Assembly: GCA_002314605.1 (NCBI GenBank)
Contig: DCGO01000095.1
Coordinates: 1 to 61,647, forward strand
DNA from: Lentisphaeria bacterium UBA1776
Lineage (GTDB): Bacteria > Verrucomicrobiota > Lentisphaeria > Victivallales > Victivallaceae
Length of the DNA: 61,647 nt
Direction: 5' to 3'
Positions 58,928-61,647 of this stretch are shown here, piece after piece (positions within the stretch are counted from its first letter, which is position 1; every line of letters starts with the position of its first letter). The notes below the pieces were generated by a model. The model saw only the letters and a list, made by a program, of their open reading frames with translations. It was not told the origin of the DNA and ran no database searches. Position numbers and translations under genes: made by a program.

Positions 58928-61600
58928 ATGCGCGAAGAAGAGTTGAAGGATCTGGCCGGAACTCACGATCTCTCGCTGCCGGACTGGGGGCCCTATTCCC
59001 GGAAACTGTTCGGGCTGGCCCACATTACCGGCAGGGACGGCTGGCGCTTCGACGCAGCCATGATCCCCGCAGTGGCGGGCAGGTGTTTCCATGTGCCGGA
59101 CGCTCTGGGGGACTCCGGATATCTCCCGTGGCGGGTCTGCAATGAGCTTTCCGGTTACACCTGGCGCCACCAGATCGAGTGGAAGGACCGCATCTATACC
59201 GAAAACTTCGCGGCGCAGTTGAGCGAAAACACCTGGATCGTCCAGGTGACGGGGCACAACCGCACCCGGGAGCGGACATGTCTGACTTTCCACTGGAACT
59301 GCCGCTTTGATGCGCCGGTCAGGGTCCCTGCCGTCCCCCGTCTTCCGGCAGGGAGTGTCTGGGCGGACGCTCTTGATTTCCTTGATTTCACCCGGAAGAT
59401 CCCCCGGTTTGACGATGCCATGGTCAGCGACGCCCGCCGCCGGGGGGAAATGATCCGGCCCGGTGCTGTCAGAAACGCCTGCATCCGGCTTCAGGCCGCC
59501 ACCGGCGACCGCATCCGCCTGGCGTTTCCCGGCAAGCCGGTTGCAAGGGGGCCCGTTCCGGCAGTACTCCGGTATTTTGCGGATGCGCCTGCCGTGGTCC
59601 GGATCAACGGAACGGAACTTGCCATTGACCCGGAAGACTGTCTTCAGGAATTTCTCCTTGAAATTGCGCCGGAGATCACCATGGAGAGCCTATCCGGAAG
59701 CATCGATGCGGACGGGATCGCGCTGGATGTCCGGAGGGACGGCTGCTTCTTTGCTCCCGCATGGCATGATCATGATATCGAGTTCACTCTTGGCCCGGTG
59801 CCGGGTTCCGCCATTTTCCGCCATCCGTTTCTCCGGGAGGCACACGGGTTTTACTGGGGGGACAAAACGATGACTCCCCGGCTCTTCCGGGTGCCGGACA
59901 TGATCGCGGCCTATCACCATGATTTCGGGAAGATCGCCCATACTTTCCGGAGTTCCATCGGAGGGCTCTCCGTCAACAAAGAAGCCTTCGGGAAACCTCC
60001 GGCGGGGGAGCCGGACTGGGAGACTTTCGCCGACATTGCCGTGCCGCCGCAGATCCTGGAACCCCGCGAAAGTTTCAGCTGTTACGGGGTCTTCACTTCC
60101 GGTACGCCGGAAGAGGTGGAGGATCAGCTCCGCCGCATCGCCGGGGAGCGGAAGCATTTTCCCTTGCTGGTCAGACAAGCCCGAACCGGGCTCATTTCCT
60201 TCCGTTCCACTCCCGCCGGCAGAAAATACCGTTTCGGGCAGGAGCGGATGCTTGCGGTGGTCATGACCAATCTTCTTTATCCGGTGCAGTGCTGCGGAAA
60301 ATTCATCCGCCACCACTCTCCGGGAAAATGCTGGAACAGCCTTTACACCTGGGATTCCGGCTTTCATGGTCTGGGCCTTCTGGAAGTCAGCCGGAAGCGG
60401 GCGGCGGAGAGTCTGAATGTCTATCTCACGCCACCGGAGGACCGGGAACACGCCATGATCCATCACGGGAGTCCCCTGCCGACCCAGTTTTATCTCTTCA
60501 TGGAACTCATGAACCGGGGGGCCTCCATGGAAACGGCGCAGTATTTCTACCCCAGGCTGAAGCACTGCTACGATTTTTTTGCCGGTCGTGCACCCGGCTG
60601 CACCATCCGGGGAAGAAGCGGACACGGTCTGCTCCGGGGATGGGATTACTTCGACAATTCCGGCGGCTGGGACGATTATCCGCCGCAGGTCCGGGTCCAC
60701 CGGAAACAGTGGAAGGACATCGCCCCCGCAGTGCTGACCAGTCACTTCATCCGCATGGGGAAGATCCTGCTGACCACGGCGGAAGAGCTGGGGCTCGACA
60801 GGGACCTTCCGCAGTACCTGGAAGACGGAACCGAGGCGGCGGAACTGCTGCAGAAGTATTCCTGGGACCCGGACGAAGGGATCTTCAGCTATGTCCGCCA
60901 CGATGAAAAGGACCGTCCCTGCGGGATCTTCCGCCATGAATCGGGCCGCAATTTCAATTTCGGTCTGGACGGGGCCTCGCCCCTGATCGCGGGGATCTGT
61001 ACAGGAGAGCAGGCCGGGCGACTGTGGTCCATGCTGGAGGATTCGGAGCGGTGCTGGACCCAGGCGGGGCTTTCCACCGTGGACCGTACCGCCCCCTATT
61101 ACCGGGAGGATGGCTACTGGAACGGCGGGGTGTGGATGCCCCACCAGTGGTTTTTCTGGAAAGCGGCGCTGGATTGCGGCAAGGGAGAATTTGCCAGACG
61201 CATCGCCCTGACGGCGCTGGACCTCTGGGAGAAGGACGTGCGGAGTTCCTACGCCTGTCACGAACACTTTCCGGTACTCTCCGGACTGGGGGGGGGCTGG
61301 CACCATTTTGCCGGGCTTTCCGCTCCGGTGCTGTCGTGGTTCTCGGCCTATTTCGTCCCGGGGCGGCTTTCCGGGGGGATGGACTGCACCATCCGGGATG
61401 TGGTCTGGGAGAAGCCGGTCCTTTCGGCCCGCATCCGGGTCGCGGAGGGAAGCGGCAGATCTTCCCTGATCGCCGTGACCGGCAAAGAGGATGCGCAGGT
61501 TTATTTCAACGGAAAGGCGGTTCCGGCGGAGATGCCTGTCCCGGGCACGGTGGAATTCACCCTGCCCCGTGGAGCTGCGGGTAAACTGGAAATTCAATAA
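58928..61600 (+). CDS. large glycoside hydrolase, (alpha/alpha)6-barrel GH63/MGH1-like C-terminal domain
   Basis: 890 aa. The C-terminal part has W/D-rich blocks (WDSGFHGL, GWDYFDNSGGWDDYP, DGYWNGGVWMPHQWFFWKAAL, HEHF) reminiscent of GH63/GH37-type six-hairpin glycosidases. The family call is tentative. Confidence 0.5.
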   Translation: MREEELKDLAGTHDLSLPDWGPYSRKLFGLAHITGRDGWRFDAAMIPAVAGRCFHVPDALGDSGYLPWRVCNELSGYTWRHQIEWKDRIYTENFAAQLSENTWIVQVTGHNRTRERTCLTFHWNCRFDAPVRVPAVPRLPAGSVWADALDFLDFTRKIPRFDDAMVSDARRRGEMIRPGAVRNACIRLQAATGDRIRLAFPGKPVARGPVPAVLRYFADAPAVVRINGTELAIDPEDCLQEFLLEIAPEITMESLSGSIDADGIALDVRRDGCFFAPAWHDHDIEFTLGPVPGSAIFRHPFLREAHGFYWGDKTMTPRLFRVPDMIAAYHHDFGKIAHTFRSSIGGLSVNKEAFGKPPAGEPDWETFADIAVPPQILEPRESFSCYGVFTSGTPEEVEDQLRRIAGERKHFPLLVRQARTGLISFRSTPAGRKYRFGQERMLAVVMTNLLYPVQCCGKFIRHHSPGKCWNSLYTWDSGFHGLGLLEVSRKRAAESLNVYLTPPEDREHAMIHHGSPLPTQFYLFMELMNRGASMETAQYFYPRLKHCYDFFAGRAPGCTIRGRSGHGLLRGWDYFDNSGGWDDYPPQVRVHRKQWKDIAPAVLTSHFIRMGKILLTTAEELGLDRDLPQYLEDGTEAAELLQKYSWDPDEGIFSYVRHDEKDRPCGIFRHESGRNFNFGLDGASPLIAGICTGEQAGRLWSMLEDSERCWTQAGLSTVDRTAPYYREDGYWNGGVWMPHQWFFWKAALDCGKGEFARRIALTALDLWEKDVRSSYACHEHFPVLSGLGGGWHHFAGLSAPVLSWFSAYFVPGRLSGGMDCTIRDVVWEKPVLSARIRVAEGSGRSSLIAVTGKEDAQVYFNGKAVPAEMPVPGTVEFTLPRGAAGKLEIQ

Positions 61601-61647
61601 ACGGAGGAGCCGATTTCAAAAGTTTGTTATTGTCCGAAATTTTGTGA

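Noticed and set aside
56609-61597. Long minus-strand ORFs (56609-59293, 59690-61597) opposite the symporter and the large glycosidase
   Set aside because: Shadow ORFs. The plus-strand products have coherent TM topology or glycosidase-like blocks, while the antisense translations are low-complexity.

Overview
GC-rich chromosomal segment from a Gram-negative bacterium. The DUF1559-type pilin-like protein and the many prepilin-like N-termini suggest the PVC group (Lentisphaerota, Kiritimatiellota or Verrucomicrobiota-like), but this is inference only. About 55 protein genes are tightly packed. I found no rRNA, tRNA, CRISPR array, transposase or integrase. Housekeeping genes read clearly from the translations: dxs, pyrE, gyrB, recA, dut, thyX, rsmE, rdgC, coaX, metK, ahcY, def and pal. 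Envelope genes include an arnA-arnD pair, waaG-waaP, and an ExbB-ExbD-TonB-like cluster behind a large TPR protein. The most unusual content is a type IV filament machinery split over three loci. The first locus is a lipoprotein, two tandem secretins and a MarR regulator (19.2-23.2 kb). The second is two GspE/PilB ATPases, PilT and one platform protein (27.3-33.1 kb). The third is a GspG-H-I-J-K-ordered pseudopilin operon with a 997-aa GspK-like protein, an unknown secreted protein and a second GspG-like pilin (44.2-51.0 kb). A HepT/MntA toxin-antitoxin pair sits directly upstream of that operon. None of the six pilin-like N-termini has the canonical Gly at -1. No GspC/L/M, PilM/N/O/P or prepilin peptidase is recognisable in the window. 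Other oddities are an HD-hydrolase gene broken by two frameshifts and a secreted serine protease separated from a zinc-finger ORF by one in-frame TAG. A sugar locus at the 3' end combines a pilin-like protein with an orphan binding lipoprotein, a GH4 enzyme, an oxidoreductase, a symporter and a large glycosidase. All calls rest on reading the supplied translations and the DNA by eye. No database search was run.
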